From: Octopus vulgaris | Taxonomy: Eukaryota | Direction of reading: 5' to 3' | Assembly: GCA_951406725.2 (NCBI GenBank) | Contig: OX597817.1 | Span: forward strand, 118,730,001-118,794,000 | Length of the DNA stretch: 64,000 nucleotides | In this document: positions 35,608-49,612 of the stretch, piece after piece | How positions within the stretch are numbered: the first letter of the stretch is position 1 | Layout: every line of letters begins with the position of its first letter | Translations under genes and position numbers: made by a program | The notes under the pieces: model-generated | Databases searched by the model: none | What the model was told of the DNA's origin: nothing | The model's input: the letters and a program-made list of their open reading frames with translations, nothing else

Positions 35608-38600
35608 GTAAGATTCAGTCTGACTTTTAATAGTATGTTTATATATATATATATATGTATAACGATTGATTGATTGATAAATTGATAGGTAGGTAGGTAA
35701 GTAGGTAGGTAGGTAGGTAGGTAGGTAAATTGATAGATAGATGGATGGATGGATAGTATCTGACGCCATGTAACAGCGATCGAATTTCGTAACCACTTAA
35801 AAATGTAATGGCAATTGCATGTTTACCGTATCAAATTAGTTTTTACTTTTGAAAACATTAATTTTGTTTCCGTATGTATGATCCATGAATGGTTAGTGAA
35901 ACTGGCAAGATGTATGAATACTATATTTATTGAATTCTGTGATAGAAAAGCGAAATATTTACTCATTGTTTCTCAGATTACTTGATTTTTTAACACTCTG
36001 ATCTGAAACCAGAAATGTTTACTCTTGAGAAAATATGTCAGCACTACGATGCTCATACATACAGGCATATCTAACCTGCGAGAAAGTAACTGACTCATTG
36101 AAAATATATTGCAAGTTTAGTGAATAATCTAAACCCGGTTAACCTTAGAATGACTTTTGAAATATCTTAAATTATCAAGTTTTCTTTGAAAAGAAGGAAA
36201 CAGTTCATAGCTTTGTGGAGTGAAAGTGTAAGTTTATACATCACTAAAGATTTCGAAGGAAATTCGAGATGCATATACAAAAGGATGTATTGGAAAAATT
36301 TATTTCAGGGAAATTTGCTGAATAAAGTGAAGCGAGAGAGAGGGGGGAGAAGGAGAAGAAAAATTTGCAAGATAGGAAATATCGAAAGAAAAGAGAATGA
36401 AGAAAGATTTCTTTAGATGACGTATTTGACTTTTAGAAAATAGAAGGAAAAAAACAACAAACAATTCAAACATATAACTGCAAGGTTTATGACCTCTCTC
36501 TGAAATCGAAGATATGAGCTGACTTGAAATAATTTTTCAAAGTTGTTTGTCAAATGTGTGTCAAATGGATTTTGCTAAATTATTGATTTCTTACGTTGGC
36601 ACAAGACTATAAATGGGTTTAGAAGGGAAATATAATTGATTGAATCTACACCACAATTTTAGCTGGTAATTATTTTACACAAGGATGATTGCATAGTCAA
36701 CTTTGCTGGTATTTAAACTCAGGTGGTAAAGCGATTAAACTAAATTACTGCAAGACACTGGTCATTGTATCTACCACTTTTCTGGTTTCATCAACTTATT
36801 TGTTATATCTAACATTATCAAAAGCTCACACATTTGTTAGTGGGGGTAGATGATTCGAATTGGCCTTCATGTTTGGTTGGAAACAGGTTTTATTGGCAGT
36901 CATTTTAGAGTGTCGATTAAAATGCGTTGCGATATTTGTTCCAGCTCTTTACGTCCTATGTTCAAATCCTGCCGTGGTTGACTTTAACATTCACGCTTCC
37001 GGGGTAGATAAATCCAGTATTAATATATCCCCCTTTCTCTCCAGATGCCACAACTTGATGTTCCGTTGGGCAAGGACTGGAAGTTGTCAAAAGAGAGTCT
37101 GTGTCTGTTGCCGACTACACTGGTAGTTAAAACAATTAGAGAGATCATGATGCATGCTACCAAACTATTGTTATTTCCAAATGACCGCTGTTTCTTTATA
37201 CGAACGGTTGAGAGTCATTTTAACAATGCCAACTGAAGACTTCTCTGCTATCATGAAATATGAAATTGACGCCGATGGACTTCGAAGTCAGAACTTAAAC
37301 TTCATTATGTAGAATTAAGACAAGTCAGCTTAGCAGAGCTCGTTCTTTACCGAAAAATTCTATACAATAAGCATTAAATTCATTAACACAAGCTAACGAC
37401 TAACTTTATTTCTAATTCCAGTTTGATAATTACATATATTTTGTACAAAATATACCTCTTATATTAAGAGATAAATTCGTATCTATACGTCCGAAAATAT
37501 ATGGATTCGTATCTATGCTGTGAAAAAAATGTTACTTCAACAGATGTAAGAGCAAATGAGAAAACTTAACACATAGCTGAATACTAATTATCCGTCTAAA
37601 AATGTGCAATGCAAATAAGCCAGATAATTGCGAAATTTGAAAAAGTCGTATATAATAGACAGTATTAAGATGAATTGCGTAAAAAATTACTGAGAAAGCA
37701 TTTTCAGAAATATATACTAAATTTAATTTTAAAACGGAAACCTCATTAATTGCCGTTTTCTTCAGTTTCATTCAAGTCATCCTTCATTAAGTCTACCACC
37801 TGATGTCTTCAAGCGATGACCATTGTCATGTTTTTCTTGCATAGTCTGTGTAGGATTACATTATCCAGTGTGACCGTTTTACTATTAAGGCACTTTAAGA
37901 GAATATGATTTGGCTAATTACCTGCTGTTTCTGGCAGACAGAACGAGTGTATAGTGGTACCCTTGTTGGTTCGTTGTTATTTAGTTCAAAGTAAAGTCCA
38001 TTTGAGCAGACTTTACGGTTAAAGGCGTCCAAGCTTTGACCAATCGGCCTTTTTAGGTGTCTGAAGGGCTATATTATGCAATATCTCCCTTCCTTATGTT
38101 GACAAAGTATAATTTGAGAACGTATAATTGATATTTCTAGATTGTAAAGCGACTACATCGAGGTTCTCTTATTAGCTCGTCAATAAATATGGTGAATAAA
38201 CGTAAAGCAAACACTCTCTTCTGGTGAACTGAATCTATAAGCTAGATTCGATTTTAAACTGGTGCCAATATATTTCTGATACGCTACTAACAGCTTGATA
38301 AAGGCATAATCGTCACTCAGTAGCAACCGAATTTTCCTAAACATTTATAACTTTGAATCCAAATTGGAAATCAACATTGTAACCCGAGTAGAATAGCGGT
38401 TAACGTCCCTGCGAAGATTGTGATGCTTATTTACGTCGTCATTGCAATTGAGAAAAACATGAAAATTACACTCTTATTTTACTTTCTCTGTTAATCTGCC
38501 GACTTATGTTGAATTTAAGCAATAATATTTGCTCCAATCTTTAGACACTTTTGAAGTGTGTCTCATATTGGTCCAAGGCTAAGTGACCGGTATTTATTTT

Positions 38601-40130
38601 TATCAACCCAAGAGAAAGAAAAGATGAACGTGATCCTGTTAGGATTCGAATTCAGACAGTAGAGAGAGTGTTTGGAATTTATTCTGGCGCCACTCCACTG
38701 CCTTATGATACAAACAAGAGCCATTAATCATTATTTGAAGACAACTATATCGACTTCTTGTTCATCAGCTTGTCAGTTATTGTTGCTCTAATTGATGGAG
38801 GGGAACAAACATAGATAATGTAAGAAATCAATTTTTTTTTCTTTTTTGGCAGAGAAATCAGAATGGTGTAGTACATTGCAGCATTTAATTACGTACCTTT
38901 TAATCCTGTGTTCAAACCTCACCGAAGCCGACTATAACTTCATTCCTCCAAGATCGATAAAATAATACTTGTCAAGAAGTGGGGTTGACAAATAAAATAA
39001 TACTAGTCAAGAAGTTGGATCGATAAAATCAATTATACTCTTTCTTCTAAATGTGCAATTGGTCTTACGTCTGTGTTAAAAACATAATTATTATTTCTAT
39101 TAGGGTAGTGGAATGACAAAGAAGGTTGGGTGTTGAAATTACGTACCTTACAGTATTTCAGCTTAAAATGTATTCTTCTATTTTAGCTATATCACTTTTT
39201 GGCGATACTAAACATCACTAGTTCTCTTGAATTCTAACCATTCACGACATTACTTTGTGTTCTGCGTTCAAATTTGGCCAAAGCTGACTTCGAATTTCAT
39301 TTTTCTCTTGCGTCGATAAATAATTAAGTACCAATCAGGTGCTGGGGCCGATTCAGTAGATTCCATTATCTTCACAAATGTTTGGCATAACGCCTAATTT
39401 AGAAATCATTATTGCTCTATGTCTTCATTCTAAGAATGTATCTTGTCAGTTGCTTTCTTGCGCATTCAGCGAATAAAAGCCAATATAGAGAACAGATCAA
39501 TTTCTCATCTAACTTTAAACAGTCTCTTGTTTATAATTTAGCAGTAACAAAACTACAGAAATTAAGAGAATGTTATTCTATTTCCTTCCCTATCTCACCA
39601 ATTTACAAATTAATTAAGGAACTAGTTTATCATCTAATTTCTTTAAAACTAGTTGCCTCACATGGCGATATTGACAAGCTGCCCAGCGAGAAAGTGTACA
39701 ATCTGTTAAATGTTTCTAAAGTTGTATCCCATTAAATTCTATTCAATGTTCTATTTTGTTTCTTTTCTAATGACTAAAGTAAATTCTTTTCGATATGTAC
39801 CTTTACTTTCTGAGTTCAAATCTCGCTTAAGTCGACTTAGCCTTTTATTCTTTCGGACTCGGTAAAATGAGCACCTATAAATTTTTATACCTATGTCGTC
39901 TCGTATCGAGCAGATTTATGACCAAAGTCGTTCCACCTGGGATCAATCCGTTTGTTTAGTGTGTTTAAAGCATTCCTTTTTATAAAACCCCTGGGGTATG
40001 ATTTGCAGAAAATTTTCTTGTTCTTTTTAGTAGGCTTATCTTCTATCAGTAAGATACTAAAATCGAGTTAAACACCTAAAATTTCTGGTTTAGTGGTAAA
40101 GTTAGAAATTAAATGTATTAATATAACAGA

Positions 40131-40505
40131 GGCAACGAGCTGGCAGAATCGTTAGCACGCCGGGCGAAATGCGTAGCCGTATTTCGTCTGCCGTTACGTT
40201 CTGAGTTCAAATTCCGCCGAGGTCGACTTTGCCTTTCATCCTTTCGGGGTCGATAAATTAAGTACCAGTTACGCACTGGGGTCGATGTACTCGACTTAAT
40301 CCGTTTGTCTCCTCTATGTTTATCCCCTTGTGGGCAATAAAGAAATAAGAATCGTTAGCACGCCGTTTCGCGGCATTTTGTCCGTCTTTACCTTTCATCC
40401 TTACAGGGTCGAAGAAATAAGTACACTGAGGTCGATGTAGTCAACTAGACTCCCCTGCCACCTACCCCAAAGTTTCGGGCTTTTTTGCTTATAGTAGAAA
40501 GAAAT
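40131..40505 (+). mobile_element. SINE family A, young copy plus a second partial copy
   Basis: Near-identical to 2947-3184; a second partial unit starts at ~40349. Confidence 0.85.
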
Positions 40506-40621
40506 ATTATGGACATCAGCAGTTTGGCAGAATCAGTCGTTTTAAGAAATATAATTTCCGTTATTTAGTTATTTTCATTGTTTACTATCGCATCCGTGTG
40601 TTTCTGTATGCGTATATAACT

Positions 40622-41245
40622 ATGCCTAGAAGGAAAGTGTCAAATTTGCCTACAATGTTAAGGTCAGCCAAAAGAATGTCTATGTCCAGGGAGAGAAAGA
40701 CATCTGCAGAAATATATGCATACCAAGAAACGAACGGACTGTGCACTACAAAAACCAGAGTATCTCAAAGTGATGAACAGAGGTATGCACGGCTGTCAAG
40801 GAATAGGATCTCCACTGCAGAACGAAGAGCAGTTGCAACAGCTAGAGAAGCAATTTCTATAAAGCAGCTTTCAATTATGATCCAGCAGTTCATTATGCAG
40901 GTGACACTAGAGTTTCCATTGTGAAATAACAACTGAGTGCATACATTGTAAAGTAAGGAAATGGCCTGGAGAGACACCTGCAATATGCTGCAGTGGTGGA
41001 AAGCTTAAACTCCTTGCAATCGCCCAACCTCCAGAGCCATTGAAGAAACTGTTGTCATCAATTGACCAAGATTCCAAGCTCTTCCAAAACAAAATTAGGC
41101 AATACAACGCTGCACTACAGATGACATTATTTGGAGCCACAAGAGATTTAACTTAGCCAGGATTCATGCCAACTTTCAAGATCCAAGGCCAGATTTATCA
41201 TCGGATTGGCTCTCTACTACTTCTTTCAAATGAATCACCAAAATC
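40622..41245 (+). pseudogene. Helitron Rep-Hel N-terminal fragment
   Basis: CIHCKVRKWPGETPAICCSGGKLKL..PPEPLKKLL..FQNKIRQYNAALQMTLFGA..GFMPTFKIQGQIYHRIGSLL is a characteristic Helitron N-terminal region. Confidence 0.85.
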
Positions 41246-41476
41246 GGTCTTTCATTGTATCTGTTTTTTGGCTACGAAATGAGCTACACAAAACGTGTTT
41301 TTCAATTACGTGTATATATAAACTACATATATAAAATGCAAACTTTCTTTTAACACTTAACGTCTATGTTCCATGCTGGCATGGATTGGAGAGTTATTAT
41401 TGTAGAAAGCTGAGATCTGCGTTAACTAGACGGCGTTTTTAAATTTTATTTATTCTCTTTAACCCGGCCATTGCCG

Positions 41477-41540
<64 letters not shown>

Positions 41541-41545
<5 letters not shown>

Positions 41546-43241
41546 ATATTTCGTTCGGCATGGCCATTTTTATTTTTTTATTTTATTTTATTTGACCAAT
41601 TAAAAACACGTGCACTATATATTCGTTCTTCACCTCAGATTTATTATTGTTCTTATTCTAGTGTCCTTTGTCTGGAAGCTTTTCGTCACACGTACTTTGA
41701 CCTCTTCAGCGACTCTCCATCCGACGTGTCTCCTGTTATCTTTGCTCCTTTCTGTCTTTACAGTGTATATCTTTATCTGCGCATGCGTTTGTGTCAGTAT
41801 CTGTATGTGCACGCTCTCGTGTGTGCGTATATGCACTTGCGCATATCTGTGTTATGTATGTGTATATGGGTTTGCTTACTATACTGTTCGTGTTTGTGGC
41901 ATTTTTTCTCTCATTGTACCTTTAGCCATCATGTTGCATTGTGTGGTGAGGGGTGTTATGGTTCCACTCACGTTTTCTGTTTAAGTTCACTCTCTCTACT
42001 ACTATGTGTATGGCCTCTGTAATCTGTATAAGTGTTGTGTCAGTTTTATGCGTTGATAATACCTTAGTATCTATGTTATTAACCGTGCCTCTATGTACTA
42101 ATCGAACATGTTGGTAGAACACAGATAAGCATTTCTCCTCTTTGAGTTCTTTCTAGTGTTCACCAACCCGCTCCCCCATCCTATGTATTGTCTCCTCAAT
42201 GTATATTGTTGCCTTATTTGTGTACCGTCTCTCAGTACACTGGAAGTGGCTGAAAACTGAGAATAGTAATGTCCAGATTCTTCATTCCCACTATGCCAAG
42301 CCCTTAGCTTCTGATTCACAAGAACGTAGCTATTGTGGACAATACCAGGTTTAATATCCTAATAGCGGACTTGGTAACAGTGATGTGAAGTGTGTCCTAC
42401 ATGTGCGACCCAGTGGAGTTGGAAAGATACATACAACACTTTATTCACTGCATGCAGATCTCTGCCTAAAACCAAAGAGACAAAATTAGAGTGCACAAAG
42501 GAGTCGGGGCTAAGCACAAGGCCATCGTAGAGAATGATGCAAATGGGATCTACCTGCTATACAGAAACAAATCCTGGAATAAATTAGAAAGGACCAAGAA
42601 GATAGATAAGGCCAGCTCGTGATATGACAACCAAAAATACCAGTGTTACGTTCGTTGATGCTCCCCGTGGGGGTGAACTATCATATCTTTTTAGGAAAAT
42701 ATTAGATAAGGTAAATCTGCGGATTACAGTAATAAAACGGCCAGAAATCCCCCTAAAATCCATGATCTGTAAAACATATCCGTTTGAAAGGCCCTTATGT
42801 ACAGAGAGCAATTGTATAGTATGTAGGATGAGCCGACAGGTTGACTGTAAGATTTTAAATGTTGTCTATAGCATATGGTGTACTGAAGGACAGTGCAGAA
42901 ACAAGACAACAATATATAATGGGAAGACAGCACGTAGGAAAAGGTGAACACACGCGGGAGTTCTAAGAGGAGAAAAGCTCACCACTGCCCTGCCAATATG
43001 CTCAATTAGAACATAAAGGCTCGGTTAAAAACATAGATGTTAAGGTATTAACGCATAGAACAGATACAATACTTATACAGATTATAGAGGTCGCACACAT
43101 AGTAGTAGACAGACCGTGCTTCAACAGAAAATACAAGTGATACCATAACACCCTCATCATTACCCTATGCAACATGATGACTGAAGATACAATGAGAGAA
43201 AAAGATAGTCACAAACAGTGTAATACATAAGCCCATAAGCC

Positions 43242-43287
<46 letters not shown>

Positions 43288-43697
43288 AAACCCCATAGGC
43301 CCATATATATATACACACAAAAGACACACATAGACATACTTAAGACGGGATGAGGAAATAAAGATAGATAAATAAGTAAATAAATGAAAAATAGACTAAA
43401 TAAAGGGCGCGTGTACAAACAATATAATAACCAAATCCATATACACACAAAAGCACACGCACACACGTGCACGTACACACACAGTCGCAAACGCACGCGC
43501 AGATAATGATACATACCATAGAGAGAATGGACCAAAGAGGGCAGGAGACACGTGTGATGGAGAGTCGCCGAAGAGGAAAGATTTCTATGTAAAAAAAAAC
43601 ACTTAAATAAGAACAATAATAAATCTGAATTGAAGAACGAATATATAATGTGCGTGTTTATTTGACAAAAAAAATGACCATCCTAAAATATAACATT
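41541..43697. mobile_element. Penelope-like element: 5'-truncated plus-strand copy (42245-43697) preceded by an inverted shorter copy (41541-42243)
   Basis: The plus strand encodes decayed thumb/linker (HSHYAKPLA..RFNILIADL..LLYRNKSW..FVDAP) and GIY-YIG (NVVYSIWC..C..IYNGKTAR..EH). 41541-42243 is a diverged reverse complement of ~42877-43697. Confidence 0.85.
41670..41713 (-). ncRNA. Minimal hammerhead motif in the PLE 3' (pLTR) region
   Basis: gtcg-CTGAAGA-g-gtca-aagtacgtg-tgac-GAAA-agct-TC-cagac, with a palindromic AAGCTT stem III. Confidence 0.6.
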
Positions 43698-43794
43698 ATC
43701 TATTTCAATACACGGCACCAGGAATCATGCAATATATATATATTATATTATATTATATTATATTATATTATATATTATATGTGCAAAAAGTCGA

Positions 43795-43960
43795 TGAACT
43801 GACAGAATCGTTAGAGCGCCGAAAATTTTTTTTCCGGGTATTTACATTCTGTGTTCGAATGCCGCGGAGGCCAACTTCGCCTTTCGGGGTCGATAAAATA
43901 AAGTACCAGTCGCGCTTCGACTAACCCTTCATCCCGTAAAAAAATTTGCTTGCCTGTACA
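43795..43960 (+). mobile_element. SINE family A, decayed
   Basis: 'gaactgacagaatcgttagagcgccg...ctttcggggtcgataaaataaagtacc'. Confidence 0.7.
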
Positions 43961-44359
43961 TAAATCAGACACACACACACACAAACACATTCATAAAGGA
44001 TACCAACAGGACGGTAGAAGAGCTGAAACATTCAAAATATATTTTAGTGTTTCATTATGTACTTTTACTATTCTATGTATAATTCCTGCTGTATCGTCAC
44101 AAAATCGATGAAATACCAATCAACTACGAGAAAAATTTAATCAACAATGCTCCCCCTACAGAGGTCTGGTGGAAAATTTTAGAAATTAATATTGATTGAC
44201 GCAATTAATAATATCATGGATTAGTAGAATCGGAGAGGCAATGGACGTAATTCCTTGCGATAAGCTCCATTAATTTCTTCGGTTCAAATTCTGCTGAGGT
44301 TCGGTCTGTTTGTTACTCCTTCGGGATTGCTACACCAATAACGCTAGATTTGTGACCTG

Positions 44360-44980
44360 GTGCCTCCATCATATATTGTCTCGGTTACTGCTTGACTATT
44401 TTGGAGCGTCTCTTATTTAAATTCTTGTGGAGGGGACGCATCCCAATGGTCAGGTGGTCAGTTTATTGCCAGCATCGTCTGAGTGGCGGATTAGGTATGC
44501 CGTGGTTCCAAATGCGGAGGCACGCTCTTAGGTTTCACCACCTGCATCGATTTCTAGACGGTGGGTGTGTGTGAGCTCTGTTTCTGAGGCTCGTCTTTCG
44601 CAGCTCGTCTCCTTGATGGAGTTGCAGTCCTGGGTGAAGAAAAAACTGAGACTGGGTGCCTGACACCTAGAATGTCCTCAGGCGCTCATAGTCCTCTACC
44701 AGTCGGGCAATGGGATCGGTGGATGTTCCGCTTTAGAAATTTATAGAAGATTAGTCGCGGAGAAGTGTGACAAAATTTTAGAGGGGACTCTGGGCGCCGA
44801 CAAGAAAGAACTGGAGTTTCCGGTCGGGGTCCTTGGTCTGCAGTGCTAGGGTCGGGGCGCTACCGGTTCGAGATAAACTCTACAGGTACGAATGTGCTGT
44901 CAGATAGGCTTGTCCAAGGTGCGCGCAGAGTGACGAAACCGGTTTGCACGCCTTCGTTCAGTGTCCGGGCATTGCCATGT
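44360..44980 (+). pseudogene. Tx1/L1-clade ORF2 C-terminal remnant (zf-RVT)
   Basis: LERLLFKFLWRG..SGGLGMP and ALPVRDKLYR..CPRCAQSDETGLHAFVQCP. Confidence 0.8.
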
Positions 44981-45025
44981 GAGCCACTGTCTGGTACTGC
45001 ACCAGGGCATTTATTATTATCATCA

Positions 45026-45073
<48 letters not shown>

Positions 45074-45074
<1 letters not shown>

Positions 45075-45692
45075 GGTGGCGAACTGGCAGAAACGTTAGC
45101 ACGCCGGGCAAAATGCGTAGCCGTATTTCTTCTGCCGTTACGTTCTGAGTTCAAATTCCGCCGAGGTCGACTTTGCCTGGGGTCGATTAAATAAGTACCA
45201 GTTACGCACTGGGATCGATATAATCGACTTAATCCCTTTGTCTGTCCTTGTTTGTCCTCTCTGTGTTTAGCCCCTTGTGGGTAGTAAAGAAATAGGTATT
45301 TCGCCGCCCGTCGCTACATTCTGTGTTGAAATTCCTCCGAGGTCGACATTGCCTTTCATCCTTTCGGGGTTGATGAATTAAGTACCAGTAAAATTCTGGA
45401 GTCGATGTAATCGACTAGTCCCCTCCCCAAAATTGCTGCCCTTGTGGCAAAATTTGAGCCCGTCATTATTACTATAAAAGACAGCACGCTAGCAGATTCG
45501 TTAGCACGCCGGGCAAAATGCTTAGCGGTATTTCGTCCATCATTACATTCCAAGTTCAAATTCCACTGAGGTCAACTTTGCCTTTCATCCTTTCAAGGTT
45601 GATGAAATAAGTACCAGTTGAATACTGGGGTTGATGTAATCGATTATCCCACTCACCCAAACTTCCAAGCCTTGTGCCTAGAGTAGAAAGGA
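45074..45692 (+). mobile_element. Cluster of three tandem SINE family A copies between (TTA)n tracts
   Basis: Family A cores at ~45150, ~45330 and ~45555. Confidence 0.85.
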
Positions 45693-45725
45693 TTATTATT
45701 ATTATTATTATTACTATTATTATTA

Positions 45726-45756
<31 letters not shown>

Positions 45757-45782
45757 CAGTAGTAGTAGTAGTAGTAGTAGTA

Positions 45783-46042
45783 TTGCCTTTGCACAGCTAC
45801 TAACGCTAGAGATGTACTACAGTGTCAGCTGTTCACTACCAGTGAACTAAGGTAACATCTCTTATTTTACGAACACCTTTCGGAATATTCGAGCAGTTCC
45901 AAACAGTGCTGTTTTCTCCACCCTTTCTGCAGCTCCTATTTGTTCCACGTACTTCTCGAGATTTTCGCTCACTGTTCCCCAGAACTCCTACAATTATTGG
46001 TACTACTGCTACCTTTTTCATCGGCCACAACTGCTTAACCTC
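45783..46042 (-). mobile_element. 3' end of a Dong/R4-type element
   Basis: VKQLWPMKKVAVVPIIVGVLG..KTALFGTARIFRKV*, a short 3'UTR, then a (CTA)n/(TAA)n tail. Confidence 0.8.
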
Positions 46043-46400
46043 CCAAGCTGTTGTTGCAACCGCTGCCATTACTACAAATAAAAACAAAAATATCAGTGAT
46101 ATCAGTGACGATAATAATAATAATAATAATAAAAGGAAACGGATTGAGCCTGCTCCTCCTATTGAGTAGATTAATGATACATCTAGTGATGGTCTCACAA
46201 TAAAAACACTGGTAACTGCGCAACCTGATAATCGCTACCTCATATGAGTGACAATAGAAAAACAAAATATTGGGAATAACGGTGGTAATGAAACTGAAGC
46301 CAATGATGGTGACAGTGTTACATCCGGTAGGCTCTGAGATTCTGGTCCGCCTCCAGCCTGCCGATATCCAGAAAGGGACCACCACACACGGCGTAGATGG

Positions 46401-46450
<50 letters not shown>

Positions 46451-46528
46451 GTTTTTTCTTCTTTCTTCAAATTTTCTTCCGTTTCTCGCCGTGTGTTTTC
46501 CATACACCTAGGGCAGAGAAGCTCATTG

Positions 46529-46564
<36 letters not shown>

Positions 46565-46565
<1 letters not shown>

Positions 46566-46960
46566 GGTAGTGAGCTGGCAGAATCGCTATCCTGCAAGAC
46601 ATTTCCTTCATCCTTTCGGGGTCGATGAAATAAGTACTGGGTGAGAGCTGCAATCGATGTAGTAGACTAACTTCCTGTGCCTATATTATAAAGGAATAAT
46701 AATAATAATGTTATTCTTGGGGATAGTCTCTTTCAACACATGATTTCACATCAAGAATCTTGCAAAACAAACACATAAACGTAATAATAATAATTTTTTC
46801 TTCTATAGGTACAAGGCCTGAAATTTTGGCGTAAAGGGCTAGTCGACTGCAGGACTAAACTGGTACTTATCTCATCGACCCTGTAAGGTTGGAAGGCAAA
46901 GTGGACTTCAGCGGAATTTGGATTTAGAATAAAGCGCTTTTCTTGACGCGCAAACGATTT
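46565..46960. mobile_element. Two SINE family A fragments (plus, then minus)
   Basis: 'gagctggcagaatcg..ttcatcctttcggggtcgatgaaataagtac' and 'tggtacttatctcatcgaccctgtaaggttggaaggcaaagt'. Confidence 0.7.
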
Positions 46961-47356
46961 GCATCCTTGATAAGAATTGTAAACTAGCACAAATAACAGC
47001 GCGCCAAGCAAATGGTTTTGCTGCCTTTCGTTTACGTTTTTCTCTATTTTGAATTCAAGTCTCACCGCTGTCAACTTTTGTATATTCGACTGTATTCTTC
47101 AGTAACGTCTGGTCGAATCGATGAGGTTTCTGTAAAAATTTCAAAATTAGTAAGTTTGGTTTCAATAGAAATACTTTGGATAGGAGACTTTCGACGTACC
47201 TCAGGTTTATTAGCACTGAGAATGTTACTAGTAAAGGATTGGTGTTCTCGGCAAGAAAAAATACATTTTTCACGGCAATTTAGAAAGTGTCTTGGAAGTT
47301 ACGAAATAATTTATTTTTACTTAAAAAAAATATTCATGACAAAACGATATTTTCTG

Positions 47357-47419
<63 letters not shown>

Positions 47420-48089
47420 ATAACTTTACATATGTATGTATTTTAAATTTGTGCTTGATGATAAATGCTGTCATAGCTTTCAAGCTATTCATTTTCACTG
47501 TTAATAAATTATCAGAAATATTATTTTCTAGTCATCCATTAAAACTATAAAATGTCACTTTCATTCCTGTGGTTTTTCCTGTGAATCCCGATATGTTATC
47601 TTGCCTCAGGTTAAATAACTTACGCTCCATGACAGTTTTTCTCTATTGTTATATCTCACTTTAAATTACTCATGATCTCTAACGTTTTCTCTTTCCTCGT
47701 GTAAAGACAGATGGATTAAAATTTTGATGACAGAAAAATCTCAAACTGTAAATATTAAAGAAATAGAGAAATATTGAAATAATTTGTAGTTGTGAAATAT
47801 AAAATGCCATAAACTAAACCATGAAAATATTTGAAGCAGCTACACGCTACTCCAATTACAGATTACTCTTTTACTCCATGCTGGGGTAATTATTTTAAGC
47901 CTGGTAATTATTTTATTATTAAGCCCGGTAATTATTTTAAGCCTGGTGTTTTTATTGTCATTTTCTGTTTTTTTACAGCAATTGTTATTTAGACGTAAAC
48001 AAACCGGCGTTGGCTAGCCACACATATATACACATTATATAAGAAACGTTGAGGCTTGGTGTCATTGAAATTTTTATTTTGTGTCCTAA

Positions 48090-48245
48090 AGCGCAGACAT
48101 GGCTGTATGGTTAAGAAATTCACTTTGCAACCACTTGGTTCTGGGTTCAGCCCCACGACAGACGTTAGTCTTCTACTATAGCCCCGGGCCAACTAATACT
48201 TTGTGAATAGGTTTGGTCGAGGGAAAACACTGAAGTAGCCTGTTG
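48090..48245 (+). mobile_element. SINE family B 5' half, decayed
   Basis: 'gcgcagacatggctgtatggttaagaa..ggttcagcccc..gtcttctactatagccccgggcc'. Confidence 0.7.
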
Positions 48246-48279
<34 letters not shown>

Positions 48280-48654
48280 ATCCGAAATGTACAGTGTTAT
48301 ATATCCATCAGTTTAGTTGTTTCCTTTTCTCTATTGCCCAGTCTATTTGTATACGCATAAAGTTTTTGGTGTTTTTTTTCCCGGTGGTGCAGGGAAGGTT
48401 AGTGCGATCAGCGAGGCCAGAACTCTACAGTCTGTTATACCTTTGCGTTTATATTTGGTGGTATGCACCTCTATTTAGTGAATTTCCATCATCAGATAAG
48501 ATAGTCATGACTATCTTACCTCTTTTGGTAAACTATATCCAATCAACTTAATGTATCACTTTTCAAAATAGTAGAGTGAAACTTAATTCGAATTCGACTG
48601 TTGTTTCTAGCACACCGAACGATAGCAAAGAAACCTGGTATGTTTAATACAAAT

Positions 48655-49357
48655 GTTGGACATAAGAAGCATCGGATGTGGTATGCAAGAGAGACGTTTG
48701 CGTTGGTATCGTCATGTACTACGGATGGATGAAGAGGGCTGTGTGAAGAAGTGCCACTCCCAAACAGTGGAAGAAATCCGGCGTAGAAGGAGACCCAGGA
48801 AGACATGGGATGAATGTTGGACCTTACAGAGGCAATGACAAAAAACCGAGATCTCTGGAGATATGCTGTGACTGAGAAGACCCGACAAATATAGTGAGTT
48901 CACAGTTGTAACCTACACTAGAGTCGCATAACCAGCCCACTCAAAAGTACCTTGGATCATAGCACGTCATGCCGTGCTTGAGGAGACCTATTAAGTCAAG
49001 TACATCAACATCAAAATATAAATCAAATGGAAATTGTAGTAGTGATACCTGTGCCGGTCGCACGTAAGAAGCATCATCTGAACGTGGCCGATGCCAGCGC
49101 CGCCTTTACTGGCTTCCGTGCCGGTGGCACGTTAAAAGCGCCAACCAATTGTGGTTGTTGCCAGCCCCTCAGGCTCCTGTGCCGGTGACTCGTAAAAAGT
49201 ACCTACTACAATCTCGGAGTGGTTGGCGTTAAGAAGGGTATCCAGCTGTAGAAACACTGCCACATCATACTGGAGCCTGGTGTAGCCTCCTGGTTTCCCG
49301 GATCCCAGTCGAACCGTCCAAGCCATGCCAGCATGGAAAACGGACGTTAAACTACGA

Positions 49358-49360
<3 letters not shown>
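48655..49360 (+). mobile_element. 3' end of an RTE-clade LINE
   Basis: MQERRLRWYRHVLRM..RRRRRPRKTW; the 3'UTR ends 'ccatgccagcatggaaaacggacgttaaactacgatgat'. Confidence 0.85.
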
Positions 49361-49407
<47 letters not shown>

Positions 49408-49408
<1 letters not shown>

Positions 49409-49612
49409 AGAGAGAGAGAGAGAGATAAATAGATACATATGCATAAATATATACATATATATATACACACATGCATATATACTCATATATATATTGTGTA
49501 TATATATATATATAATATAGAGAGAGATAAATAAATAGATACATATGCATAAATATGTACATATCTATATATACACACACATGCATATATACTCATATAT
49601 ATTATGTATATA
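49408..49612. repeat. Two-copy ~105-bp duplication of low-complexity sequence
   Basis: 'gagagataaatagatacatatgcataaatat..cacacatgcatatatactcatatata' occurs twice. Confidence 0.75.
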
